Positions 49,087 through 57,733 of a stretch of DNA of 64,000 nucleotides are shown in pieces. The notes under the pieces are model-generated. The model saw only the letters and a program-made list of their open reading frames with translations. It made no database searches and was not told where the DNA came from. Made by a program: the position numbers and the translations under genes. Source of the DNA: an uncultured Chloroflexia bacterium (GTDB lineage: Bacteria; Chloroflexota; Limnocylindria; Limnocylindrales; CSP1-4); assembly GCA_963749705.1 (NCBI GenBank), contig CAVVNQ010000006.1:64001-128000 (forward strand), in the 5' to 3' direction. Position 1 is the stretch's first letter, and every line of letters begins with the position of its first letter.

Positions 49087-49539
49087 ATGGGAATGGGAGG
49101 ACCGCGGCGAAGGCCGGCAACGAGCGGATTGGGACGTCGACTGGCGTGGTTGGCCGCCGCGGTTGCCCTGGGAGCATTCGCGATCTACGAGGTCATCGTG
49201 CATGACCTCGGCCCGCTGCCGATCCTCATCTTCGTCCTGCTGCCCGATGTCGCGTTCCTGGCGGGGGTCGGACGGCGGCACGAGCCGGGACAGCTGCCGC
49301 CCCGGGTCGTGCCCGCCTACAACTTCGCCCACCAGCCGCGCATCCCGCTCATCCTGATCGGACTGGCCCTGGGCGCGCTGCTGATTGTCAGGCTGCTGGT
49401 CCATGCGCCCGCGCCGTACGAAGAGGCGAGGTTCATCCCGCTCGTGGTGTACGTCGCGGCGATCTCCTGGCTCGCGCACATCGCGTTCGATCGTGCGCTC
49501 GGCCTCGGTCCGCGGACAGCCGACGGCTGGCCGCGCTGA
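49087..49539 (+). CDS. DUF4260-like membrane protein
   Basis: LLPDVAFL, YNFAH, WLAHIAFDRALGLG. Confidence 0.8.
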   Translation: MGMGGPRRRPATSGLGRRLAWLAAAVALGAFAIYEVIVHDLGPLPILIFVLLPDVAFLAGVGRRHEPGQLPPRVVPAYNFAHQPRIPLILIGLALGALLIVRLLVHAPAPYEEARFIPLVVYVAAISWLAHIAFDRALGLGPRTADGWPR

Positions 49540-49639
49540 GCCAGGTCGGCACCGGGCGCATTCGACCCGGCAATCGCGACGCATGCCATCGAACCTCCTG
49601 CCGGCGTCAGCGGGCTGCTCCCAGCATTCGTGCCGGGGG

Positions 49640-49688
49640 TTGACATCGGCAGAGCGTAAGTGATAACTTACCGTAAGTGACTACTTAC
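49640..49688 (+). promoter_or_regulatory. Promoter with tandem GTAAGT-N4-ACTTAC palindromes (ArsR operator)
   Basis: TTGACA at 49640-49645. Palindromes at 49656-49671 and 49673-49688 cover the -10 and the GTG start. Confidence 0.75.
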
Positions 49689-50036
49689 GAATCAGTCATG
49701 GATGCGGTCGGAGACGGCACGCGCCGGGCGATCCTCGAGCGGCTGCTGGAGGCTCCCTCGGCGGTCGGCGAGCTTGCAGCAGGTCTGCCGGTCAGCCGCC
49801 CGGCGGTGAGCCAGCACCTGCGCGTGCTGAAGGACGCTCGCCTGGTGCAGGACCGGCAGGTCGGCACGCGGCGGATCTATGCCGTCGATCCGCAGGGCGT
49901 CCGTGAGGTGCGTGAGTACTGGGAGCGCTTCTGGTCACAGGCATTGGCGGGCTTCAAGGCGCTTGCCGACGCCGAAGCACAGCAGCGGGCCGCGAGCGAC
50001 GGCCGCAAGGAGAGTCCTGATGGTGATGGAGGCTGA
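49677..50036 (+). CDS. ArsR family regulator
   Basis: GDGTRRAILERL, VSRPAVSQHLRVLKDARLV, GTRRIY. Confidence 0.9.
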   Translation: MTTYESVMDAVGDGTRRAILERLLEAPSAVGELAAGLPVSRPAVSQHLRVLKDARLVQDRQVGTRRIYAVDPQGVREVREYWERFWSQALAGFKALADAEAQQRAASDGRKESPDGDGG

Positions 50037-50472
50037 CGTGGCGCTGGAGGTGCGCAGCTCGGTGGCCGTGAAGCTGCCGCGCGACGAGGCATTCCGCCTC
50101 TTTACGGAGCGGATCGGCAGCTGGTGGCCGTTGGCGAGACACTCGGTCTACGGGGCCGATGCAGTCGAGGTGACCATGGAGCCGCGCGTCGGTGGACGCC
50201 TCTACGAATCGGCAGCCGACGGGCGCACCTCGGATTGGGGCTCGGTCACGGCGTGGCAGCCCGTCGATCGGCTCGCGGTGACCTGGCACCCAGGATATGG
50301 AGAGGAGCTGGCGACGCTGGTGGAGGTGACGTTCTCGGACACAGCCGACGGCGGCACGCAGGTCGACCTGCTCCATACGGGCTGGGAGATCCACGGCGCG
50401 ACTGCCAGCGAAGCGGCCGCCACGTACCGATCGGGTTGGCCGGGGGTGCTGGAGCGCTTCGCCAAGGCCTGA
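50020..50472 (+). CDS. SRPBCC/AHSA1 domain protein
   Basis: AFRLFTERIGSWWP, EPRVGGRLYE, TLVEVTF, HTGWE, GWPGVL. Confidence 0.88.
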   Translation: MVMEADVALEVRSSVAVKLPRDEAFRLFTERIGSWWPLARHSVYGADAVEVTMEPRVGGRLYESAADGRTSDWGSVTAWQPVDRLAVTWHPGYGEELATLVEVTFSDTADGGTQVDLLHTGWEIHGATASEAAATYRSGWPGVLERFAKA

Positions 50473-50499
50473 ACAGGGTCCAGATGGGCGTCGGCGGGC

Positions 50500-50529
50500 A
50501 ACGAAGAGGCCCGATCCGTGGATCGGGCC
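50500..50529. terminator. Hairpin between the convergent SRPBCC gene and tRNA-Glu
   Basis: GGCCCGATCC-GT-GGATCGGGCC; minus-strand tail TCTTCGTT. Confidence 0.65.
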
Positions 50530-50543
50530 GAAGCTGGCGGATC

Positions 50544-50620
50544 TGGTACCGCATACCGGATTCGAACCGGTGATCTCCGCCTTGAGAGGGCGGTGTCCTG
50601 GGCCTCTAGACGAATGCGGC
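50544..50620 (-). tRNA. tRNA-Glu (anticodon CTC)
   Basis: GCCGCATTCGTCTAGAGGCCCAGGACACCGCC-CTCTCAA-GGCGGAGATCACCGGTTCGAATCCGGTATGCGGTACCA. Confidence 0.97.
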
Positions 50621-50694
50621 GAAGGGTCTGACCGGCGCGACCGGCCGGGCGGGAGGATAGCAAGAGCCCGCGCGATCGGCAACCGAAGGGGTCG

Positions 50695-51576
50695 TCAGAG
50701 TCGGTTGGACTCGAGGAACGCGCGCAGCGTCTCGACCACCTGCTGATAGCTCTGCTCCCCGAGCACGAGCCCGAAGTGCGAGTGGGCGCCGAACGGCTCG
50801 TAGGGCGCGTCGAGCCACTCGGCGAGGCGCTCGACGTCCGGCTCCGGCACGTACACGTCCAGTCCGGCACCGATGACCAGCCGCGGGACATCGGGCAGCG
50901 CGCTGCGGTCGACGGGCACGCCCTGGAGCACCTGGCGCCTGGCGCGACCGGACTCGAACGGCTTCTGGCCCAGCATGTGCTGGATCCGGAGGACGTCGGC
51001 GATCGTCAGGTCGCGGTGCTCGCGGGCGAGCTTCTCGGGCAGCGTCTCCCAGCCCAGGGCGGCTCGCCCGTAGACGTCGGGAATGTCGCGCACGATGTGT
51101 GGTCGGACGGGTTCGCGCAGGTCCTTTGGCGTCTCGGGCGCGATCAGGACGTACGCCGATACCGGCGCCCGCTCGATCCCCTTGAGCACCAGCAGGCCGC
51201 CCAGACCGTGGCCGACCGCGACCACGCCCGGCCCCAGCCGCTCCATCGCGGCGACGACGTCCTCCGTGTAGGACTCGATGTCGAGCGTCTCCGGATCGGC
51301 GGTCTGCGACCAGTAGTGGTTGCGCAGGTTGAGGGCATGGCCCTCCCAGCCGCGGGCGGCGAAGTGATGCAGGTAGCGCTCCCACACCCAGGAGCCGCCG
51401 AGCTCGCCGTGCACGAACAGGATCGGCTTTCGCCGCGACCGGCGCTCCGGGAGCCAGGATTCGATGTACAGCCCCCGGTCGACGAGCTCGATCTCGTCCT
51501 TGCGCACGGGGCGCCCGTGGGGCGGCGGGGTGGTGCCCCCGCTGAGGAGGCGTTCAGGAGCGTTGAGGTCGGTCAT
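50695..51576 (-). CDS. Alpha/beta hydrolase fold protein with Gly at the nucleophile position (GHGLGG)
   Basis: ILFVHGE, ALNLRNH, VGHGLGG, GAGLD, HSH. Confidence 0.82.
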   Translation of the reverse strand: MTDLNAPERLLSGGTTPPPHGRPVRKDEIELVDRGLYIESWLPERRSRRKPILFVHGELGGSWVWERYLHHFAARGWEGHALNLRNHYWSQTADPETLDIESYTEDVVAAMERLGPGVVAVGHGLGGLLVLKGIERAPVSAYVLIAPETPKDLREPVRPHIVRDIPDVYGRAALGWETLPEKLAREHRDLTIADVLRIQHMLGQKPFESGRARRQVLQGVPVDRSALPDVPRLVIGAGLDVYVPEPDVERLAEWLDAPYEPFGAHSHFGLVLGEQSYQQVVETLRAFLESNRL

Positions 51577-51593
51577 GGTCTCCGGTCCGCGGC

Positions 51594-52910
51594 CTACCAC
51601 TCGTGCGGGTTGAACACGAGCCCGGTGAGGGCCTTGGGATAGAAATAGGTGGATTTCTGGGGCATCACGTCGTGCTCGCGGGCGACGGCCAGGATCGCGG
51701 ACACCGGGGTCGGCTCGAGCAGGAACGCGGCGTCCGCATCGTCTCCCGAGGCCACCAGCGCCGCCGCCTCGGCGGCCGACTTGGTGTAGCGGATCCGCTG
51801 TCCGCCCGAAACCGCGTCGGCTCCGATCCCGCACAACGCGTCCAGCGTCGCACCCAGCAGCGACACGTCGAGGGAACGGACGGCCTCCCCTCCCCCGCCG
51901 ATGCGGCCCCTGAACGCCGCTCGCCGAGCGGTGAGCAGCGATGCACCGTCGCGGGTCAGCAGGCCCATCCGGCCCTCGCCACCCGGGAGCTCGCCGGCAG
52001 CCTCGAAGCGGGCAACCAGCGCGTCGGTCGTGGTCGCCTCGACCATGAACAGCTCACCCAGCCCGTCGGACAGCCGCCGGAGACCGCCCTCGCCGAGACC
52101 ATTGACGACCCGGTGGGTGGGCAGCACCGTCAGGTCGTCGGCCGCGTCGAGGAACAGCATCAGCAGGAAGTCGAATGGCGGGTCGGGCTCGCAGGAGCGC
52201 GTCATGCGTCGCTCGTCGCGGTAGCGGACGGCCGTCTCGTACCGGTGGTGGCCGTCCGCGATGGCGATCGGCCGCGCGCCGGCTGCCGTGACGATCTCGG
52301 CCACGGCACCATCGGGCGCACCGTCGTCGGGCGTCACCCACAGCCGGTGGCGGACGCCGTCATCGTCGGTCACCTCGACATCCGGGGCGGCGGCGGCGAT
52401 GGACGCCAGCCGGGTCGCGGCCGTCGAATCCGGATCCTGGTACAGCCCGATGACCGGCGAGGTGTTGACCCCGGTTGCCCGGAGCAGGCGATACCGGTCC
52501 TCCTTGGGCCCCGACATCGTCCGCTCGTGCGGCAGGATGCCACTGTCCGGCCCGAACGACTCGATCCGCAGCCGGCCGAAGAAGCCGCGCTGGGTACGCT
52601 CGACGGTGGTGCCCGGCACCCGGTACGCCTGCTCGTACACGTAGAGGCACGGACGCGGGTCCTTGCGCAGCGTGCCATCCGATCGCCACGCGGCCAGCGC
52701 GCGGGCTGCCCGACGATAGCGCTCGTCCGGGTCGTCGCCGGGCTCGGCAGCCGGCAGATCCAGCCGGACGGCATTGCTGGGGTGACGGGCGATCAGGTCG
52801 CGACGTAGATCGGCGCCGATCACGTCGTACGGCGGCGCGACCACCATGCCCAGGTCGCCGACCACGCCGGGATCGTAGCGAAGCGCGCGGAACGGGCGGA
52901 TGTCGGGCAC
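51594..52910 (-). CDS. DUF1015 family protein
   Basis: IRPFRALRY, APPYDVI, LPHERT, IADGHHRYETA, MPQKSTYFYPK. Confidence 0.92.
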   Translation of the reverse strand: MPDIRPFRALRYDPGVVGDLGMVVAPPYDVIGADLRRDLIARHPSNAVRLDLPAAEPGDDPDERYRRAARALAAWRSDGTLRKDPRPCLYVYEQAYRVPGTTVERTQRGFFGRLRIESFGPDSGILPHERTMSGPKEDRYRLLRATGVNTSPVIGLYQDPDSTAATRLASIAAAAPDVEVTDDDGVRHRLWVTPDDGAPDGAVAEIVTAAGARPIAIADGHHRYETAVRYRDERRMTRSCEPDPPFDFLLMLFLDAADDLTVLPTHRVVNGLGEGGLRRLSDGLGELFMVEATTTDALVARFEAAGELPGGEGRMGLLTRDGASLLTARRAAFRGRIGGGGEAVRSLDVSLLGATLDALCGIGADAVSGGQRIRYTKSAAEAAALVASGDDADAAFLLEPTPVSAILAVAREHDVMPQKSTYFYPKALTGLVFNPHEW

Positions 52911-53082
52911 GGGATCCTCTGGCACGCCGGGCGCAGGGCGCCGCGGGTTCGACGGGAAACGGGCCCCCGCATCGTACGACAGCCACGCGCCGACGGCCAA
53001 CGGAAGCCCCGATCCGCGGACCTCGACACCGCCGGATCCGCACCGGCGGCGGACCGCCGGCCGCGGTGCTACCGTCGCCTAC

Positions 53083-53559
53083 ATGGCTTCCCCGGCTGTC
53101 GCCCGTCGCGCGATCCGATCCGTCCTGCTCGCCCTCGGCCCGCTCGTCCTCGCGGCCTGCGGGACGCTCTCGATGAGCCCGCCCCCGGCCACGCCGACCG
53201 ACTTCCCCGGGCTCAGCGGCCGGCTCCACGCCGTCGGGATCGGCGTCGGGGACTATGTCTCGGGCGATGCGGGATGCACGGACCCGGACCTCGTGCCCGC
53301 CTCGATCAGCTTCCACGCCAGCGGTCTGGACCAGGCAGCCCCGGTCAAGCTGTACCTGTACGTGTTCCGGAACCTGGACGCCTTCGACCGCCACCGGGAC
53401 CAGATCGGGCCGTGCGCGGAGGCGTTCGTCACGGACCCCTCGACATTCGAGGAGATCGAGCAGTCGCCGTACGTCGTGGTGGGCCAGGGTCCCTGGGCAC
53501 CGCAGTTCGAGGCGGCGCTGCGGACGGTCCTGGCGCAGGCCGCCGGCACGGGCGGCTGA
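53083..53559 (+). CDS. Hypothetical lipoprotein
   Basis: Lipobox VLAACG; TACCGT upstream of the ATG. Confidence 0.75.
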   Translation: MASPAVARRAIRSVLLALGPLVLAACGTLSMSPPPATPTDFPGLSGRLHAVGIGVGDYVSGDAGCTDPDLVPASISFHASGLDQAAPVKLYLYVFRNLDAFDRHRDQIGPCAEAFVTDPSTFEEIEQSPYVVVGQGPWAPQFEAALRTVLAQAAGTGG

Positions 53560-53727
53560 CCGGGAGGCTCCGCATCCGCGCCGGATCGGCGCCCCGGGTC
53601 CTGCCCGGGTACTGGCAGCGTCCGCAGCGAACCACACCGCTCCACACCGGGACCGACCCCACCGTCCCGTGATGCTCGGGACCAAGGAGCCGTCGATGTG
53701 GTGCGGCCACGCCCCGACGATCGGGCC

Positions 53728-54510
53728 ATGGAGCTCACCCCGCGCCGGCGACACGCCATCTCGACGATCCTGGCCATCGCCCTGGCCATCGAGTCCGTCA
53801 CCGCCGTCGCGGCCGCGGCCCACGTCAACGCCGCCCAGCGGAGCGGCCCCGTTGCGCCCCCGGTCGCCGGCGCACCGGCCGTCTCAGCCGCCGCGCCGGT
53901 GGCGGACATCAGCTGGTCGCCCGCCACGCTCGCCTCGGCCCGCCTCGAGATCTCGGCACCCAGGCCGGGAACCGTCGCCGCTGCGACCTCCGTCTCGAAG
54001 CCCGCCCGTCCCGATGCTCCACCCACGCCCGTCCGGTCGACGCAGGTCAACCAGTCCCCGGCGGCCGGCTCCGCCACGGCGACCGGCTCGACCACGGCGG
54101 CGATTCGCTACAGCGGCAGGAACCACGTCTGGATCCCGGCGCTGGGCATCAACCGGTCGGTGAACCTGTTCCCGTGCGACCGCAAGCGCCCGCCGGACAA
54201 CCTCGTGTACCGCTGGGGCTGCGCCGGGACCAACAACGTCTACCTGCTGGGACACGCCTACAGCGTGTTCAAGCCGCTCCACGACGCGTACACGAGCCAT
54301 CGGCTCAAGGCGGGCCTGAAGGTGTACTACGCCGATGGCAACGGCAAGGTGCACGTGTATGCCGTCAAGTGGTGGAAGACCACGCCACCCACCACCTCGG
54401 CGTCGTGGGCATGGGCCGCGCAGCCGACGCCGTCGATGACGCTCCAGACGTGCGTCGGCGCCAACAGCGAGCTGCGGCTGATGGTGCGCCTGGTCGAGGT
54501 GCGGTCCTAG
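53728..54510 (+). CDS. Sortase family transpeptidase
   Basis: N-terminal signal/TM, P/A/T linker, WIPALGIN, LLGH, TLQTC, downstream Arg (His-Cys-Arg triad). Confidence 0.85.
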   Translation: MELTPRRRHAISTILAIALAIESVTAVAAAAHVNAAQRSGPVAPPVAGAPAVSAAAPVADISWSPATLASARLEISAPRPGTVAAATSVSKPARPDAPPTPVRSTQVNQSPAAGSATATGSTTAAIRYSGRNHVWIPALGINRSVNLFPCDRKRPPDNLVYRWGCAGTNNVYLLGHAYSVFKPLHDAYTSHRLKAGLKVYYADGNGKVHVYAVKWWKTTPPTTSASWAWAAQPTPSMTLQTCVGANSELRLMVRLVEVRS

Positions 54511-54568
54511 CGTCCGTCCGCGCGCCCCTGCGCGGCCACGCCGCTGCGCGGCGCGCCTCGATCGCGAG

Positions 54569-55735
54569 TCAGACGACCCGCAGGCCCAGGATCCTGCGTG
54601 CGATGACCAGCCGCTGGATCTGGCTGGTCCCCTCCCCGATCTCGGTCAGCTTCGCGTCACGCATGAACCGCTCGACGTGGTAGTCCTCCACGTACCCATA
54701 GCCGCCGTGGACCTGGATCGCGGCGTTGGTGACGCGCGACGAGACCTCCGAGGCGAACAGCTTGGCCTGCGCGGCGGCGAGTCCGTAGTCGCGGTCCTGG
54801 TCCTTGAGCCAGGCGGCGCGGTACACGAGCGCGCGGGCGGCCTCGATCTCGGTCGCCATGTCGGCGATCATGAACGCGACCCCCTGGAACGTCCCGATCG
54901 GGCGTCCGAACTGCTCGCGTGACCTTGCATACGGGACCGCTGCATCGAATGCAGCCTGGGCCAGCCCGAGTGCGAGCGCCGCGACCGAGATCCGGCCACC
55001 GTCGAGCACCTTGAGGAACGCACGGAACCCGGCGCCCTCGTCGCCCAGCAGGTTCGCGGCCGGGACCCTGACCCCGTCGAAGTTGAGCTCTCCCGTCGCC
55101 GAGGCGTGGAGCCCCATCTTCTCCTCGAGCCGGCCGACGTTGAACCCGGGCGTATCGGCGGGCACGATGAATGCGGAGATCGACCCCGAGCCGTCCGTGG
55201 CGGGTCCGGTGCGGGCGGTGATGATGTACGTCCCGGCCTGCCCGGCATTGGTGATGAACCGCTTCTGGCCGTTGATGACGAAGGTCGCCCCGTCCGGACC
55301 ATCCTCGCGGCGAGCGGTCGTCCGGGTGCCCCCGGCGTCGGATCCGGCGTCCGATTCGGTCAGCCCGTAGGCGCCCAGCACCCTGCCCGCGGCCATCGGC
55401 GGCAGGAAGCGGTCCCGCTGCTCGTCGCTGCCGGCGATCAGCAGCGGCCCGCAGCCCAGGCTCGTGTGCGCCGCGACGATCAGGCCGAGCGACCCCCAGA
55501 CGCGGCCGATCTCCTCGATCGCGATCGCGTAGGCCAGGGTGTCCATCCCGGCACCGCCCCAGCGCTCCGGCACGTTGATCCCCAGCCAGCCCATGTCGGC
55601 GATCCGGGCGACGATCTCGGTCGGGAAGCGTCGCGCCCGCTCGTGCTCGTCGACGACCGGCTCCACCTCCGTGGTCATGAACTCGCGGATCGTGTCGCGA
55701 AGGAGGACGTGGTCGGGTGACAGGTCGAGGTCCAT
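54569..55735 (-). CDS. Acyl-CoA dehydrogenase (short/branched-chain type)
   Basis: YGLTESDAGSDA, NGQKRFITN, KMGLHAS, QVHGGYGY, EIGEGTSQIQR. Confidence 0.93.
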   Translation of the reverse strand: MDLDLSPDHVLLRDTIREFMTTEVEPVVDEHERARRFPTEIVARIADMGWLGINVPERWGGAGMDTLAYAIAIEEIGRVWGSLGLIVAAHTSLGCGPLLIAGSDEQRDRFLPPMAAGRVLGAYGLTESDAGSDAGGTRTTARREDGPDGATFVINGQKRFITNAGQAGTYIITARTGPATDGSGSISAFIVPADTPGFNVGRLEEKMGLHASATGELNFDGVRVPAANLLGDEGAGFRAFLKVLDGGRISVAALALGLAQAAFDAAVPYARSREQFGRPIGTFQGVAFMIADMATEIEAARALVYRAAWLKDQDRDYGLAAAQAKLFASEVSSRVTNAAIQVHGGYGYVEDYHVERFMRDAKLTEIGEGTSQIQRLVIARRILGLRVV

Positions 55736-55830
55736 CACCGGAGCGTAGCACCGGGCCTCGGGCGGCCAGCGGCGTGCGCGTCACGCGTCGCTCACGCGCG
55801 CCCGGCGCGTTCTTGTTAGCCTCTGCCCGC

Positions 55831-56547
55831 ATGCCCGAGCCCGCAGTCCCGCCCGCCTCCAGCCCCACAGCCATCGCCGGCTCCGAGTCCGCGCTCCGGC
55901 GCGCGATCCTGCACCACCTCCGGCGCACGGGCCCGTCGGCGCCCGATGCGATCGCGACGGCGCTGGGTGCCAGCCGGAGTGGCGTTGCCCAGCAGCTGCG
56001 CGCCCTCGACGGCGCCGGACTCGTGACGCGCACGAAGGAGCGCCACGGCGTGGGGCGGCCGCGGCACGTGTACGACATCACCGCCGATGCGCAGGACCTG
56101 TTCCCGACCAACTACGACGGGCTGGCCACGGGCCTGATGACCGCGATCCTCGAGGTCGGCGGCGACAGCCTGCTGGACGACGTGTTCGCGGCGCGACGTC
56201 GCCAGGCCGAGGCCCAGCTGCGCGAGCGGATGGCCGCCGTCCTGCCCGCCGGCGCCTCGATCGTCGACCGGGTGCGAGAGCTCGCGCGCCTCCAGGACGA
56301 GCTGGGCTACCTGTCCGAGGCCGTGTTCGACGACGGGGAGATCCGGCTCGTCGAGCACAACTGCGCCGTGCTCGACGTCGCGCGCACGAACCCGGCCGCA
56401 TGTGCGGCGGAGCTCGAGCTGTTCCGGGGCGTGCTGGGCGCGGAGGTTACGAGGGAGCGGCACATCGCCGTCGGCGATCGCTGTTGCGAGTACCGGATCT
56501 CGTCGTCGCCGCCCGCGACGTCGGCCACGGGTCACCGCCCGGACTGA
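55831..56547 (+). CDS. HTH metalloregulator, SufR-like (Cys-containing C-terminus)
   Basis: wHTH ..GVGRPRHVY, EHNCAV, ACAAELE, DRCCEY. Confidence 0.82.
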   Translation: MPEPAVPPASSPTAIAGSESALRRAILHHLRRTGPSAPDAIATALGASRSGVAQQLRALDGAGLVTRTKERHGVGRPRHVYDITADAQDLFPTNYDGLATGLMTAILEVGGDSLLDDVFAARRRQAEAQLRERMAAVLPAGASIVDRVRELARLQDELGYLSEAVFDDGEIRLVEHNCAVLDVARTNPAACAAELELFRGVLGAEVTRERHIAVGDRCCEYRISSSPPATSATGHRPD

Positions 56548-56632
56548 CCGGCCCGATCTCACCGGCGGGTACCCGCCCGGACCCAGGGGACTCACGGGGC
56601 GGGTGGATGCCCGGACCCGGTGACGCGCCGCC

Positions 56633-57688
56633 CTACGCCTCTTCGCGCTCCACGACATCGCGCGAGGCGGGCTCGCGGCGGGGCAGCGGGATCTCCGAGA
56701 CGTTGGGCACGAACGACGCGGCGAGCGATGTCGCGGCGATCTGCTCCTGCTCCTCGAGCGACAGGATGCCCAGCCGCCCGAGCGTCGCCATCTCGTCCCG
56801 GATGTAGGTCTTGAGCATCTCGGGGCCGTCGGTGCTGATGACGTACCGGACCCCGTTCCGCCGGAACTGGTCGAAGATCCAGCGGAACTCGTCCCAGCCG
56901 GAAACGACGCCGGTATTGAGGTTCGACGTGGGGCAGACCTCGAGCACGATGCCCCGGTCGCGAAGCATGTCCATCGCCCGCGGATCGAAGGCCGCCTTGA
57001 CCCCGTGGCCGATGCGGTCCGGCTCCAGCAGCTCGATGACGCGGGCGATCTCCTCGACCGGACCCGATTCACCGGTATGGACGGTGATCCCCAGGCCGTA
57101 CTGGCGCGCGCGCCGGAACAGCCGTCGATAGTCGGCCACCCGGAACGTCGCGGACTCGGGGCCGGCGATGTCGATGCCGACCACGCCCCGGTCGCGCCAG
57201 GTGATCGCCTTCTCCGCGATGATCTCGTTGAGCTCGAACGGGAAGGCGCGATCGAGGCAGAAGATGAGGCCCGGCCGGACCGGGTACTCGAGGGTCGCCC
57301 GGTCCATGCCGCGCACCGCCGCGGCGATGATGTGGTCGAGATCCTGCTCCCCGCCCCGGTTCCGCTTCATCGGGTTGAAGCGAAGCTCCATCGTGGTCAC
57401 GTTGTTCTTGCGATACGCCCCGCCGACGACCTCGTAGACGGCACGCTCCACGGCGATCGGGCTGGACTGGATCAGCTCGGTCCAGTGGAACAGCTGCAGG
57501 TACCCGTCGAAGCTCTTGGGCCGGCGCGGATGGACGGTGATCAGGTCCCGGAAGTCCCAGTAGTCGCGGGTCGGGAGCTTGATGCCCTGCGCGTGGGCGA
57601 TCGACCACATGATCGCCGGCGTGACGGCCGCGCCCAGGTGGCAGTGGAGCTCTGCGAGGGGGACCTTGCGGCTGAGTCGGGCGACCAT
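56633..57688 (-). CDS. Adenosine/AMP deaminase family amidohydrolase
   Basis: AELHCHLG, ELRFNP, GIDIAGPE, HTGE, RIGHG, EVCPTSN, STDGP. Confidence 0.88.
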   Translation of the reverse strand: MVARLSRKVPLAELHCHLGAAVTPAIMWSIAHAQGIKLPTRDYWDFRDLITVHPRRPKSFDGYLQLFHWTELIQSSPIAVERAVYEVVGGAYRKNNVTTMELRFNPMKRNRGGEQDLDHIIAAAVRGMDRATLEYPVRPGLIFCLDRAFPFELNEIIAEKAITWRDRGVVGIDIAGPESATFRVADYRRLFRRARQYGLGITVHTGESGPVEEIARVIELLEPDRIGHGVKAAFDPRAMDMLRDRGIVLEVCPTSNLNTGVVSGWDEFRWIFDQFRRNGVRYVISTDGPEMLKTYIRDEMATLGRLGILSLEEQEQIAATSLAASFVPNVSEIPLPRREPASRDVVEREEA

Positions 57689-57733
57689 CCCCGCGAGCAT
57701 AACGGGTATGGGGTCAGCCCATGCAGACCTCGA

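Noticed and set aside
56589-56630. Third copy of the 111-bp GACTCAC element
   Set aside because: Only the GACTCAC heptamer matches; there is no GTGAGTC partner end or internal conserved blocks.
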